From the NCBI GenBank assembly GCA_963769935.1, contig CAVYNY010000011.1, positions 320,001 to 384,000 on the forward strand: a stretch of 64,000 nt of DNA. Direction: 5' to 3'. The position numbers were made by a program, and so were the translations under genes. Below the pieces are notes generated by a model. That model saw only the letters and a list, made by a program, of their open reading frames with translations. It was not told the origin of the DNA and did no database searches. This document shows, piece after piece, positions 1-9,869 of the stretch. Every line of letters begins with the position of its first letter. Position 1 is the first letter of the stretch. The stretch is from an uncultured delta proteobacterium (lineage in GTDB: Bacteria; Desulfobacterota; Desulfobacteria; Desulfobacterales; JAFDCJ01).

Positions 1-203
1 CGATATCGATCGAAAGTCGGGGCACCTCAAAGATAAAAAGGTTCACGGCCGTACCGCCCTTCAGGGCCAGCCGCCCTTTCAGGAAAGGATGACTTCGCAC
101 GGCTTCGAGCAGGTGAACCAGAAGTCCGACTTTTTCCAGAATATCCGTTCGGAAACCTGTAGCCTCTGCCTGAGCGATCAGCGTTTCAGGAGGATATCCT
201 CAC
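1..203 (-). pseudogene. AbiEii-family nucleotidyltransferase toxin (type IV TA), 5' part, runs off window; +1 frameshift near codon 5
   Basis: GTG at 203 overlaps the antitoxin stop (GTGA). After removing one base it reads MRISPETLIAQAEATGFRTDILEKV...LALKGGTAVNLF...PRLSIDI, containing the AbiEii KGGT and R-S-D motifs. Confidence 0.75.
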
Positions 204-1003
204 CACGATTCCTCCCATGACCGCCGGAGGATTTCTTCGGGAACAACCAGGTTCCAGGCGGAGACGAAGCGACCCGATTGCCGTCGGCTTCGCTCCATGT
301 AGTGGGGTCGGCGCGGGCGAAGATCCTGGAATGTCTTTAAATGGGCGTCTTCAACCATCAGGGATTCCCGGTGCTGTTCTAGGAAAAAACCCACTTTCGC
401 AGCGTTAGTGGCGTTTCCAAAAGTAATGTGTATTCCGTGACCTTATCGAGATCGAAATATTCAATTGTCTCCAAGGACCGCCATATTTCTTCCCAGCTTC
501 CTGACAATTCAGGACGGTTCAGGACATCTACGAAGGTTCTCTCAAGTCCGGTTAAGCATATTGCCATTCCCGAACGATCGGCTTCCATCACGTCAAAAGA
601 TTCCGCTTTCTTTCGCAAGAGGGCCTTTGGAAATCTAACCCCTTTGAACAAATGAGAGCGAAAAGTTATGAGGGGCATGGGTTTGCCGACGAGGTAAGTG
701 AAGTGTTCATATACCGAATAGGCCTTTCCATGAACTTCCAGCGCCGTATGGTAAGCCAGAATTGCATCTTTCGATATTCGGGCGGCTATAAGAAATGGGT
801 CTATGGGAAAGTTTTCCGGCGATGCGCCGGGAGGAACAGATGCATAGAGCCCACGACGATCTGGACAAGATTACCCGCTTTTACATGGTAGGCAAGGAAA
901 GATTCCTGGGTCTTACGTTATGGGTTCCATCGGAAGAGAGAAATCCGGCAAAGTCCTGGACGGTAAAAACAGGATGTGTGCGGAAAAAAGCCCTCAGTTG
1001 CAT
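200..1003 (-). pseudogene. AbiEi-family antitoxin/transcriptional regulator split by several frameshifts
   Basis: ORF fragments 881-1075, 379-678 and 200-394 join into one AbiEi-like protein (FFRTHPVFTVQDF; DPFLIAARI..AILAYHTALEVHG; LERTFVDVLNRPELSGSWEE; WNLVVP). Confidence 0.7.
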
Positions 1004-1257
1004 TATTGGATCACTTTTGACAGTTATCTTTATAATACGTAATTTTATCACCACCAATTTTGCCATAACCCGCAATTTTTTTACGTGTTATTAAAATAAT
1101 TGTCAAGACGGCGTTTAGATGCAAATTAGCTGAAAATTGGGGGCCTTAGACTTAGAACTCCTGTCTGCCGGAGGCTGGTTTATCAAAAAACGCTTCAGCG
1201 CATGGGTAGTCAGCGGGGAGGTAGACGGGCCACGTCAAGAAATTTAGATTAAATAAC

Positions 1258-1290
1258 AAATGGACCGGTTAGGTCTTAGCCGGTCCATTT
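1258..1290 (-). terminator. Hairpin terminator downstream of the Mo-hydroxylase operon
   Basis: Inverted repeat AAATGGACCGG/CCGGTCCATTT about 20 bp after the large-subunit stop. Confidence 0.6.
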
Positions 1291-1309
1291 GGGGGGCAAC
1301 ATCAGCCTT

Positions 1310-3727
1310 CTAAGAAGCGGATTGAATCGCCTGCCAGATCCTGGCGGGTGTCAACGGCAGTTCGTTGATGCTTGCGCCCAGCGGGGATAAGGCATCGTTG
1401 ACCGCATTGGCGATGAGCGCCGGAGCCGTCATCGCGCTTCCCTCGCCGCAGCCTTTGGTGCCGAGAACCGTGAAGGGAGACCGGGTCGGGACGTGGCCGA
1501 TCTCAACCTCCGGGGCCTGCGGGGCGGTCAGGCACACGTATTCATTAAAGGAGGGCGCCAGAAAGTTTCCGTTTTCATCATAGGCCAGCTCCTCGGACAT
1601 CGCCCCGCCCAGACCATGCATGATGCTGCCGTAGATCTGCCCTTCCACCCGCCGGGGATTGATGACGGTTCCCGCATCATGGACCGAAATATATTTTATG
1701 ATCGTGAACCGGCCGGTAGCGCGATCCACTTCCACCGCGGCTACCTCGGCGATGAAGCCGTAAACGCTGGAGCTGTTGACACGATCCTGGTCGTCGGCTG
1801 CGTCGGAGTGGGGGAAGTTGAAAATATGGGAAACTTCGAGACCGGGGCCGATGTCGGCGGGAAGTTCGGTGGGGTTCCAGTGGGCCAGTCCGGCCACGCC
1901 CCTGAAATCGATGAGTGCCTCCTCTTCTCCCGCCAGCCAAATCCTGCCGTTAGCGACGGTCAGTTTCTCGGCCGGGACCTTGAATCGATGGGCGGCAATT
2001 TTCAATACCTTCTCGCGCAGCAAGCGTGCCGCCTGCGCAAACGCGCTCAACCCGATGGCGGCGAAGCGGCTGGAGTAGCTGCCGGAAGAGATCGTCCAGT
2101 AGCGGGTAAAGGTATCCATCTCCGTAACGACGTTGATATCGTCCGGATGGACGCCCAGCTCGTCGGCCACGACTTGTGCCACCAGGGCATCGTGGCCCTG
2201 GCCGCTGGGTGTGCTGCCTAAAATCGCCGTGACGCGCCCCATGGGATCGATTTTTACGACGGCGGCCTCGCCGGCGCCGGATTTTTCGTGGAAGCCCTCC
2301 TTGGCCCGCATCTCTTGGGGAAAGGCCAGGTTGAGATATCCCATATTGCTGCCGCAGGGCTCTACCGCGACGGCCAGGCCGATACCGAACAGGCGTCCCT
2401 GCTTGCGAGCTTCCGCGCGCTGGCGCTTCAGTGCTTCGTAATCCGCCATTTCCAAAGCCCTGCGCAACCCGGCCGGGTAGTCGCCGCTGTCGTACAACCC
2501 CCCTGAGGGTGTGCGGTAAGGAAACTCGTCCGGTCCGATCAGGTTGTGCAGGCGCAGATCGGCCGGATCCTGCCCCAACTCCCGCGCCAGCCGGTCAACC
2601 ATGCTTTCCAAACAAAAGTAGAGCTGCTGGCAGCCGTATCCGCGGTTGGGTCCCGTGAGAGACTTGTTGGTCATTACCTCATGGGCATCGATGGTGAGGT
2701 TTTTGATCTTGTAAGGTCCGGTCAGATTGCCGGTGGTCCGATAAATATTGGCAGGCTCCGGCGCCCGTACATAAGCGCCGACGTTATCTATCCACTTGGC
2801 GCGTATTCCCAGGATGGTCCCGTCCCGGCGAGCCGCCAATTGATAATACCCTTTGCGCTCCGCGCCGCTGCTCAGTGCCGTCAGATGTTCGCGGCGATCC
2901 TCCACCCATTTCACCGTCCTGCCCGATTTTATCGCCGCCAGACCGATAAGAACCAGATAGGAAGTGATGCCGATCTTGATGCCGAAGCTGCCGCCGATGT
3001 TCCGCGGCACGATGAATCGCACTTTGTTTTCCGGCATATTCAAGCCCTTGGCGACGAAAGAGTGAAGCGCGAAAGGCCCGTGAAAGTTGGACCACAACGT
3101 CAACACCTCATCGGCTTCGTCGTAGGAGGCGATGACGACGCAGGTTTCAACCGGTGTCGAACTGTATTTGTGGAAGCGGAATTCGTGCTGCACTACCAGA
3201 TCGGCCTCGGCAAAGGCCGGGTCGGTCTCGCCGTATTGCAGCAGCCTGTGCTGGGCCACGTTGGTTCCCAGCTGTTCATGCAGAATGGGGGCGTCCGATT
3301 CCATGGCCTTCTCCTGATCGGCCACGCCGTCCAGCCGCTCGTAGTCGACTTCGATCGCTTCGCAGGCATCCTCGGCCATATAGCGGTCTTTGGCCACTAC
3401 GACTGCGACCGGCTCGCCCACAAAGCGCACCTTATCCAGGGCCGCACTGTAGTACAATATTCGGGCGGGCAATCCGACCGGGAACGGGTTTGACATCCGG
3501 CCGACGTCGCGCCCGGTCAGGATGTCCGTGACGCCGGGCAGTGCCAGTGCCTTTTCAGTTCGAACGGCATGAATCCTGGCATGCGGATGCGGACTTCTTA
3601 GAATTGCCGCATGGCAAAGATCGGCAAACCTCAGGTCGTCCAAAAACTTGCCCTTGCCCTGCAGCAGGAGCTCTTCCTGCTTGCTGCCGTAATCCGTGCC
3701 GATCCAGGTTGCTTTTTTGCTGTTCAT
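1310..3727 (-). CDS. Xanthine dehydrogenase/CoxL-family molybdopterin-binding large subunit (2-furoyl-CoA dehydrogenase HmfA-like); alternative TTG start at 3769
   Basis: LRSPHPHARI, IGGSFGIK, GPNRGYG, GQGH, SGSYSSRF, VEGQIYG and GTKGCGE motifs. Confidence 0.9.
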   Translation of the reverse strand: MNSKKATWIGTDYGSKQEELLLQGKGKFLDDLRFADLCHAAILRSPHPHARIHAVRTEKALALPGVTDILTGRDVGRMSNPFPVGLPARILYYSAALDKVRFVGEPVAVVVAKDRYMAEDACEAIEVDYERLDGVADQEKAMESDAPILHEQLGTNVAQHRLLQYGETDPAFAEADLVVQHEFRFHKYSSTPVETCVVIASYDEADEVLTLWSNFHGPFALHSFVAKGLNMPENKVRFIVPRNIGGSFGIKIGITSYLVLIGLAAIKSGRTVKWVEDRREHLTALSSGAERKGYYQLAARRDGTILGIRAKWIDNVGAYVRAPEPANIYRTTGNLTGPYKIKNLTIDAHEVMTNKSLTGPNRGYGCQQLYFCLESMVDRLARELGQDPADLRLHNLIGPDEFPYRTPSGGLYDSGDYPAGLRRALEMADYEALKRQRAEARKQGRLFGIGLAVAVEPCGSNMGYLNLAFPQEMRAKEGFHEKSGAGEAAVVKIDPMGRVTAILGSTPSGQGHDALVAQVVADELGVHPDDINVVTEMDTFTRYWTISSGSYSSRFAAIGLSAFAQAARLLREKVLKIAAHRFKVPAEKLTVANGRIWLAGEEEALIDFRGVAGLAHWNPTELPADIGPGLEVSHIFNFPHSDAADDQDRVNSSSVYGFIAEVAAVEVDRATGRFTIIKYISVHDAGTVINPRRVEGQIYGSIMHGLGGAMSEELAYDENGNFLAPSFNEYVCLTAPQAPEVEIGHVPTRSPFTVLGTKGCGEGSAMTAPALIANAVNDALSPLGASINELPLTPARIWQAIQSAS

Positions 3728-3765
3728 GGTCTCTTTTCCATTGTTTGCGCCGCAGATGTACCGGC

Positions 3766-4236
3766 TCAATCACCGGCATTTTCTACAGCGGCCTTAACGG
3801 AGCGGATGATCTGCTGATATCCGGTGCAGCGGCACAGCACGCCGGACAATGCTGCTTGGATTTCCTGTTCGTCCGGGTTGGGGTTTTCCTGCAAAAGCTC
3901 CGTGGCCGCCATGAGCATTCCCGGGGTGCAGAAGCCGCACTGCAGCCCGAAGTTGTCCCGGAAAGCCTTCTGCAGTGCATTCAGCCGGCCGCCCGAGGCG
4001 AGTCCTTCGACGGTCACAATTTCGGCATTGTCGGCCTGCACGGCGAATATCAGACAGGAGCGGACGGTGCGGCCGTTCATCAGGATCGTGCAGCTGCCGC
4101 ACCTGCCATGCTCGCAGCCGATGTGGGTGCCGGCAAGATTAAGATCTTCCCGCAAAAAATCAACCAGAAGCATTCGCGCCTCCACCTCTTTCCGATACTC
4201 CACGCCGTTGACCCGCACCCTGATTTCATGTCGCAT
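3766..4236 (-). CDS. (2Fe-2S)-binding small subunit, CoxS/XdhC family
   Basis: GCEHGRCGSCT, QCGFCTPG and CRCTGY motifs. Confidence 0.95.
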   Translation of the reverse strand: MRHEIRVRVNGVEYRKEVEARMLLVDFLREDLNLAGTHIGCEHGRCGSCTILMNGRTVRSCLIFAVQADNAEIVTVEGLASGGRLNALQKAFRDNFGLQCGFCTPGMLMAATELLQENPNPDEQEIQAALSGVLCRCTGYQQIIRSVKAAVENAGD

Positions 4237-4237
4237 T

Positions 4238-5110
4238 TTACGCCAGCCTCCCTTGCCCGACGGCCGCCTTCACGGCGCGTTCCAGGTAGACCTTTGCCAT
4301 CTCCTGTTTGTATCCAGCCGGTGCCTGCAGTTCATCGGACGGCCGCAGGACGGCTGCCGATGCGACGGCCGCCTCCCGGATCAAGTCCGCGGTCGGCACC
4401 TGCCCGCTGAGCAGGTCCTCCGCCTCGCGACAGCGCAAAGGCGTCCTCCCGGCCCCGGCGACGGCGATGCGAACTTCCGCGCAGCGCTTATTTTCATCCA
4501 AGGTGATCAGAGCGGCGACGCCGACGGTGGCGGTCGTGCTATAGCCCCGGCTGTGCTCCAGAAAAGACCAGCGCTGGTTGGACGACAGGGCCGGCAAGCG
4601 AACTTCGGTGAGGATCTCATCCGGCCCCAAGGCGGTGGTACAGGTGTCCACGAATAAATCTTCCGCCTTGATCTGCCGCGAACCCCGGGGTCCCCGGACT
4701 GTGACCTCGCCGTCTGCGGCCAGCAGCACGGCCGGGTACTCCGCCGACGGATCCGCATGGGCAAGGCTGCCGCCGATGGTGCCCCGGTTGCGGACGGCCC
4801 GGTAACCGATATAGCGGGTCGCTTCCGCCAGAATCGGGCATTTTGCCGCGATCAATTCGGACTTCTCGATTTCGGTCTGCCGAACCATGGCACCGATGCA
4901 GACAGTACCCGCATTTTCACGGAGGTACCTCAAATCCTCGAGGTGGTTGATATCGATGAGGTATGCGGGCCGGGCCTGGCGGAAATTCATCAACGGCACA
5001 AGGCTCTGGCCCCCGGCCAGAATCCTGGCCCCCGGCTGGTAGCGGTCCAGCATCGCCAGCGCTTCATCTACCGTCGCAGGCTGAAAGTATTGAAAAGGAG
5101 CCGGTTTCAT
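4238..5110 (-). CDS. FAD-binding medium subunit, CoxM family
   Basis: MKPAPFQY start, AGGQSL and RNRGTIGGSLAHADP motifs. Confidence 0.95.
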   Translation of the reverse strand: MKPAPFQYFQPATVDEALAMLDRYQPGARILAGGQSLVPLMNFRQARPAYLIDINHLEDLRYLRENAGTVCIGAMVRQTEIEKSELIAAKCPILAEATRYIGYRAVRNRGTIGGSLAHADPSAEYPAVLLAADGEVTVRGPRGSRQIKAEDLFVDTCTTALGPDEILTEVRLPALSSNQRWSFLEHSRGYSTTATVGVAALITLDENKRCAEVRIAVAGAGRTPLRCREAEDLLSGQVPTADLIREAAVASAAVLRPSDELQAPAGYKQEMAKVYLERAVKAAVGQGRLA

Positions 5111-5541
5111 CAGTCTTCCTCCATCGAAGGGACCCGGATCGGGAACCCGTTCCGATAAGAATTGACAAAAACCCGCAAATTAGGAGAGAGCTAAGAGAAA
5201 ATATGAATTGTGCATCGGATTCAGCTACAATGCAACCAAGGAAAGCTTAAAATAACCGTAAACGCTGGGGCTTCGTCTATCAAAATAACGTATCACTGTC
5301 AACGGTTAAATTCGGACAGGCTCTGAAATTTTCTTGACAATTAGCCGTCAGCCAACTCTATCAGCTTATAAAATCTTCTCGCCCAATTGACGTGGCGGCA
5401 GCCTCCGGTGCGAATCCGACCGGCGAGCGCGGTGGTGTGTCCACAACGCCGGGTTCAAGAGTTCGGTTAAGCTGCGGGTACGAACATACGCATGGTGACG
5501 GAAGTCCGGGTGTGAGGCCCGCCGGTGCGATTCCGCAATCT

Positions 5542-6516
5542 TCAGTCGGCAGTTGCCAGCGGCCGGAATGACCACGTGCCCCTGAGCAGCGGCAGCAAGC
5601 CCGATATCTTAAAATAAATCATGTGCGCGGAAAGCGTCTTGCCTTCCCAGCCCGGCAGGGACCGGTACAGCAGCTGAATTTGCCTCTGCTGGCCCGGACC
5701 CAGCGGTTCGCCGGAAGCCTTGCAGCAAAAATACAACAGCTCCGCCTTGCGACCCCGGTCATCTTCAAGATCGAAAAACCGCTGCGACAAATCGAGCAGG
5801 ATCGGCTGCGCGGTGGTGTTGGTCACGGCGACCCTAATGTCGAACGCGTTGTAGTCATGGGAGACCCGGCCGAAGGCCACACGTTCCAGGGTCACCACAT
5901 CCCCGCGATCCTGCGGGAATGAGGAACCGGGGTCCAGAGAATATTCGGTCCTCTCGATCATGTTCGGCCTGAAAACCAGGATGTCCACGAAATTTGACAA
6001 TGCCTGCTTTTGCATTACCGCTTCCTGGCCGCCGCCGATGAAGCGGCGGACCGGCGTATAAAACAAAACGGCGAGGATGACCAGCACCGCAGCGGTCGCC
6101 GCGATCAGAACGACGCGGAACCGCCGGGGCGAGCGGCCCAGGTGCGCGGCGATCTCCGCCGCCGCATTGCCCTGCGGCTCGAAGATTGTCACCCCTTTGA
6201 GATAGGCAGGAATCGTCTCCATCTCCGTGGGTTCGAGCAGCACCGGCAGGACATGCTTCTTGGGGGATGTCCATTTCTCACGGGCCAGTCTGAGCTCGCT
6301 GAGGCTGTATGCGCCCTGCCGCACGGCATCCGGCGAGATCAGGAACACGAAAAGGTCGGCGTCTGCGATGCGCGTTCGAATCACGGCGTTGAAGTCTTCA
6401 CCGCCGGAGAGCTTGTCTTTGTCGAAGAACACCTCATGGCCTTCTGCCTGCAGCGCCAGAGCGATTTCTTCGGCCTTCGTGCGGTTTTTAGAGGAATAGG
6501 AAAGAAAAATCTTCAT
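5542..6516 (-). CDS. TIR-domain protein with a central transmembrane helix and a C-terminal extracytoplasmic beta-rich domain
   Basis: N-terminal IFLSYS...VFFD...FVFLISPD...SLSEL is the TIR_2 pattern; hydrophobic VVLIAATAAVLVILAVLFY follows an Arg cluster. Confidence 0.85.
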   Translation of the reverse strand: MKIFLSYSSKNRTKAEEIALALQAEGHEVFFDKDKLSGGEDFNAVIRTRIADADLFVFLISPDAVRQGAYSLSELRLAREKWTSPKKHVLPVLLEPTEMETIPAYLKGVTIFEPQGNAAAEIAAHLGRSPRRFRVVLIAATAAVLVILAVLFYTPVRRFIGGGQEAVMQKQALSNFVDILVFRPNMIERTEYSLDPGSSFPQDRGDVVTLERVAFGRVSHDYNAFDIRVAVTNTTAQPILLDLSQRFFDLEDDRGRKAELLYFCCKASGEPLGPGQQRQIQLLYRSLPGWEGKTLSAHMIYFKISGLLPLLRGTWSFRPLATAD

Positions 6517-6705
6517 TTCAACGCGGCGCTCCCGGAACGTCCTGTTAAGATTTAATACATGATATGCTAATTTCGGACAAAAATGAACATTTTTCTCCCT
6601 TTAAGATAAAACCAGATTCATTCTGATCTGTTTTATTGCTTGGTAAGAGAATTATCAGACATAAGACAAAAGCCTTTGGGAAAAATTGGAAATTGAAACA
6701 TGATT

Positions 6706-9700
6706 TTAGTGCTGAATTGTTTCGACCCTGTCCACCGTCAGGGTAATCGCCCCCCAGTCTTCCTCGACCTTGCCGGTGAGCAGGTAGGGCCGTGCACGGT
6801 CGAGCATGTGGCAGAAGCGGTGGTAGGTTTGGGGGAAAAAAGTGGTCTCCACGATGCCGGTTTCATCCTCGAAGGTTAAAAATTCCATGGGGTCGCCGTG
6901 CTTGGTGGTGACCACCTTGCCGGTGATCAGCCAGCCGGCCAGGCGCACGCGCCGGCCGAGATGACGCGGCAGATCGTCGGCTTTGACGGTGCGCAATTTT
7001 TGCCGAGCGGCGGCATACAGCTCCATGGGGTGCCGGTCGCATAAAAAGCCCAGGACGGCAAACTCGCGCCGCAGCCGATCGTGTTCATCTTCCGGCGGCA
7101 GGAGCGGGAGAAGGTCGGCTGGGGTCTGATCGGCAGCGCCGAACAGGGAGCGGGTTTGGGGAATGGATCCGGCTGATCTGGTTTTGAGCCAGCCGGCCAG
7201 CTGCCACATCAGTGCCGCCCGGTTGCCGCCGGGATTCAATCCATCCAGGGCGCCGCCGTGGATCAGCGCCCGGGCCTCGTCTTCCGCGGGCCGCACGCGG
7301 TCTAAAAAATCGCGCACGCTGTGATAAGGGTCCGGCCGGCGGCGGTCGACAAGGCACTGCTGCGTTTCGGCGGCAAGTCCTTTGATGGAGAGCAGCCCCA
7401 CGCGGACGGCATCCTCCCGGCCGGCCCAGCGAATCTCGCTAAGGTTGACGTCGGGCGGCAAAATTTTAAGGCCCAGGCGCCGGGCTTCGGAGACATAGGC
7501 GAAGGTGCTGTAAAAGCCGCCCTGGTTGCTGATGACCGCCGCCATGAATTCAGCCGGATGGTGGAGCTTGAGATAAGCCGCCTGAAAGGAGACCCGGGCA
7601 TAGGAGGCGCTGTGGGGTTTGCAAAAGGAATAGCCGCTGAAACTCATCATCATGTCCCAGATGGCGGCCACTTGACCATCCGATACTCCCTGGCCCCTGG
7701 CCCCGGCGTAAAAGCGGTTTTTAAAATCCTGCAGCTGGTGCTGCCGGTCTTTTTTGGACATGACCTTGCGCAGGGCATCGGCCTCGGCATGGGAAAAGCC
7801 GGCCAGGGCGACGGCAGCCCGGGACACGTCTTCCTGGTAGACCATGATGCCGAAGGTTTCGTTGAGCACCTCGGTCAACAGCGGATGAATCGGGTCCCAC
7901 TGGCCGCCGTGCAGGCGGCGGATGTATTCGCGAATGAAGTCATTGGCGGCCGGACGAATGATGCTGCTGTGGATCACCAGGTGTTCGAAATCCCCGACCT
8001 TTGATTTTTGCTGCAGCAGCCGCATGGCCGGACTTTCAATGTAAAAGCAGCCCATGGTGCGGCCCTGGGCCAATGACTGCTGGGTGGGCAAATCGTCCTC
8101 GGGTTCCCAGTGGAAATCATCAAATGCTTCCCCGTTGGTCCGCAGGTTGCCGACGGCATCCCGAATGACGCCCAGACTGCGGTTGCCCAGCAGATCGATC
8201 TTGACCAGGCCGGCATCTTCGACGGCGTCTTTTTCCCACTGGACGATGGGCACCCCTTTGGGAGCCCGCTGCAGCGGCACGTATTCGTCAATGGGGCGGG
8301 GGGTAAGGACCACGCCGCCGGGGTGGACGGACAGATAGCGGGGCGTGCCGATGATGCACTGGGCATAGGCCAGGATCTCCGGCCAGGGCGGCGGAAATTC
8401 AAGGGCCTTGGATTCCGGGCGCTTTTGCAGGCCGTCGAGCAGCTCGGATTCCGATTCCCCGGCGTGCCAGAAGCGCGGCAGGCGTTTGGTCACCCGTCCG
8501 ATTTCAGCATCCGTCAGACCGTATACTTTGGCCACTTCCCGGATGGCCATGCGCGGTTGAAACAGGACGTGATTGGCCACCATGGCCGCATGTCCCCGGT
8601 GCTGTTCGAGCACGGATTTGAGCACATCATCGCGTTCGTCCCAGGCAAAATCGACATCGATGTCGGGCGGATCCGTGCGGCCGGGATTCAAAAAGCGCTC
8701 GAAATACAGATTGTGTTTGAGGGGGCAGACATTGGTGATGCCCAGGCAGTATGCCACCAGCGAGGCGGCGCCCGAACCGCGGCCGCAGGTGCGCGGGCTG
8801 CGCCTGACAATGTCGCGCACGATCAGAAAATAGGCGGCAAAGCCCATGTCCGTGATGCTGCGCAGCTCATGCTCCAGTCTTTCGACCACCGCTTCAGACA
8901 GCTCCTGTCCGTAGCGCCGGCGGGCACCGGCATAAGCGGCGCGGCGCAGGCGGCGGGCCGGATTCCGGGCCTCTTCGTTTTTAAAGGGCGGCATGACGAT
9001 GCCGAACTGCGGTCCGCTGAACGTCAGACGTTCGGCAATTTCATGGGTGGCCCGCACGGCTTCCGGCAGGATGGCAAACCGGCGCTCATACTCGACGGGC
9101 GACGCCAGCCAGGCGTCGGCCGGGGCCAGATCGTCGGCCGCCAGTCGCGAAAGGCAGGTATTGCGGTCGATGGCCCGCAGCAGGCGGTGGACGGCCGCAT
9201 CCTGCGGCTGCAGGAAGAAACTGCCCGGTGTTGCCGCCAGCGGGATTCCCAGGTGTCTGGCCGTGCGGCACAGGGCCTGGCTGGGGGCCGGTGGCTTGCG
9301 CGGCAGGGCGGCGGCAACCGTCACCCCGGCCGCATGCCAGGTGCGCAGAAGATCGGCGCTTTGGGTCAGGACCACCAGACCGGTCGCATAATTCGGCAGG
9401 ACCGCCTGCAGATCAAACTCCGCATCCATGTGGCGGCGGGTGAGCAAACGGCAGAGGTTGCGGTAGCCGCCCTCGTCTTCCACCAGGCAGACGGCCCGTT
9501 GTTTGCGTATGGGATCGGTGACCTCCGCGCCGACCATCGGCGTCAGGCCTTCCTGTCGGCAGGTCCGCAAAAAAGGCCACAAACCGTAAAGATTGTCGGT
9601 ATCGGTCAATGCCAGACGGTCATAGCCCAGACGTTTGGCCGCCAGGCAAACCTGCTTGACATAGGCCGTGCCCCACATAAGGGAGTAGCTGGATCGGACG

Positions 9701-9714
9701 GTTAATGGAATCAT
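6706..9714 (-). CDS. dnaE2: Error-prone DNA polymerase III alpha subunit
   Basis: PHP domain, GRGSGAAS, FERFLN, PDIDVDF, KIDLLG and C-terminal OB fold; 1002 aa; downstream of imuB. Confidence 0.92.
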   Translation of the reverse strand: MIPLTVRSSYSLMWGTAYVKQVCLAAKRLGYDRLALTDTDNLYGLWPFLRTCRQEGLTPMVGAEVTDPIRKQRAVCLVEDEGGYRNLCRLLTRRHMDAEFDLQAVLPNYATGLVVLTQSADLLRTWHAAGVTVAAALPRKPPAPSQALCRTARHLGIPLAATPGSFFLQPQDAAVHRLLRAIDRNTCLSRLAADDLAPADAWLASPVEYERRFAILPEAVRATHEIAERLTFSGPQFGIVMPPFKNEEARNPARRLRRAAYAGARRRYGQELSEAVVERLEHELRSITDMGFAAYFLIVRDIVRRSPRTCGRGSGAASLVAYCLGITNVCPLKHNLYFERFLNPGRTDPPDIDVDFAWDERDDVLKSVLEQHRGHAAMVANHVLFQPRMAIREVAKVYGLTDAEIGRVTKRLPRFWHAGESESELLDGLQKRPESKALEFPPPWPEILAYAQCIIGTPRYLSVHPGGVVLTPRPIDEYVPLQRAPKGVPIVQWEKDAVEDAGLVKIDLLGNRSLGVIRDAVGNLRTNGEAFDDFHWEPEDDLPTQQSLAQGRTMGCFYIESPAMRLLQQKSKVGDFEHLVIHSSIIRPAANDFIREYIRRLHGGQWDPIHPLLTEVLNETFGIMVYQEDVSRAAVALAGFSHAEADALRKVMSKKDRQHQLQDFKNRFYAGARGQGVSDGQVAAIWDMMMSFSGYSFCKPHSASYARVSFQAAYLKLHHPAEFMAAVISNQGGFYSTFAYVSEARRLGLKILPPDVNLSEIRWAGREDAVRVGLLSIKGLAAETQQCLVDRRRPDPYHSVRDFLDRVRPAEDEARALIHGGALDGLNPGGNRAALMWQLAGWLKTRSAGSIPQTRSLFGAADQTPADLLPLLPPEDEHDRLRREFAVLGFLCDRHPMELYAAARQKLRTVKADDLPRHLGRRVRLAGWLITGKVVTTKHGDPMEFLTFEDETGIVETTFFPQTYHRFCHMLDRARPYLLTGKVEEDWGAITLTVDRVETIQH

Positions 9715-9721
9715 AGTTCAA

Positions 9722-9868
9722 GTTGGCCCGTTGAGCCCGTTGGCCCGTTGAGCCCGTTGGCCCGTTGAGCCCGTTGAGCCCGTTGAGCCCGTTGGCCCGT
9801 TGAGCCCGTTGAGCCCGTTGGCCCGTTGAGCCCGTTGGCCCGTTGAGCCCGTTGAGCCCGTTGAGCCG
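9722..9868. repeat. Tandem array of 17 units of two types, GTTGAGCCC (11) and GTTGGCCC (6)
   Basis: Read directly; order BABABAAABAABABAAA (A=9-mer, B=8-mer; last unit ends in G). Confidence 0.97.
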
Positions 9869-9869
9869 G

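Noticed and set aside
1310..5110. Aerobic CO dehydrogenase coxMSL
   Set aside because: Lacks the AYxCSFR and AYRGAGR active-site loops
5395..5540. FMN or cobalamin riboswitch
   Set aside because: T-loops are present but the other conserved blocks and a downstream sense gene are missing
8110..9705. 531-aa plus-strand ORF and similar long antisense ORFs (2546-3493, 37602-38585, 39336-40235)
   Set aside because: Shadow frames opposite well-supported GC-rich genes
9722..9868. CRISPR array
   Set aside because: Units are 8-9 nt with no spacers, and no cas genes are present
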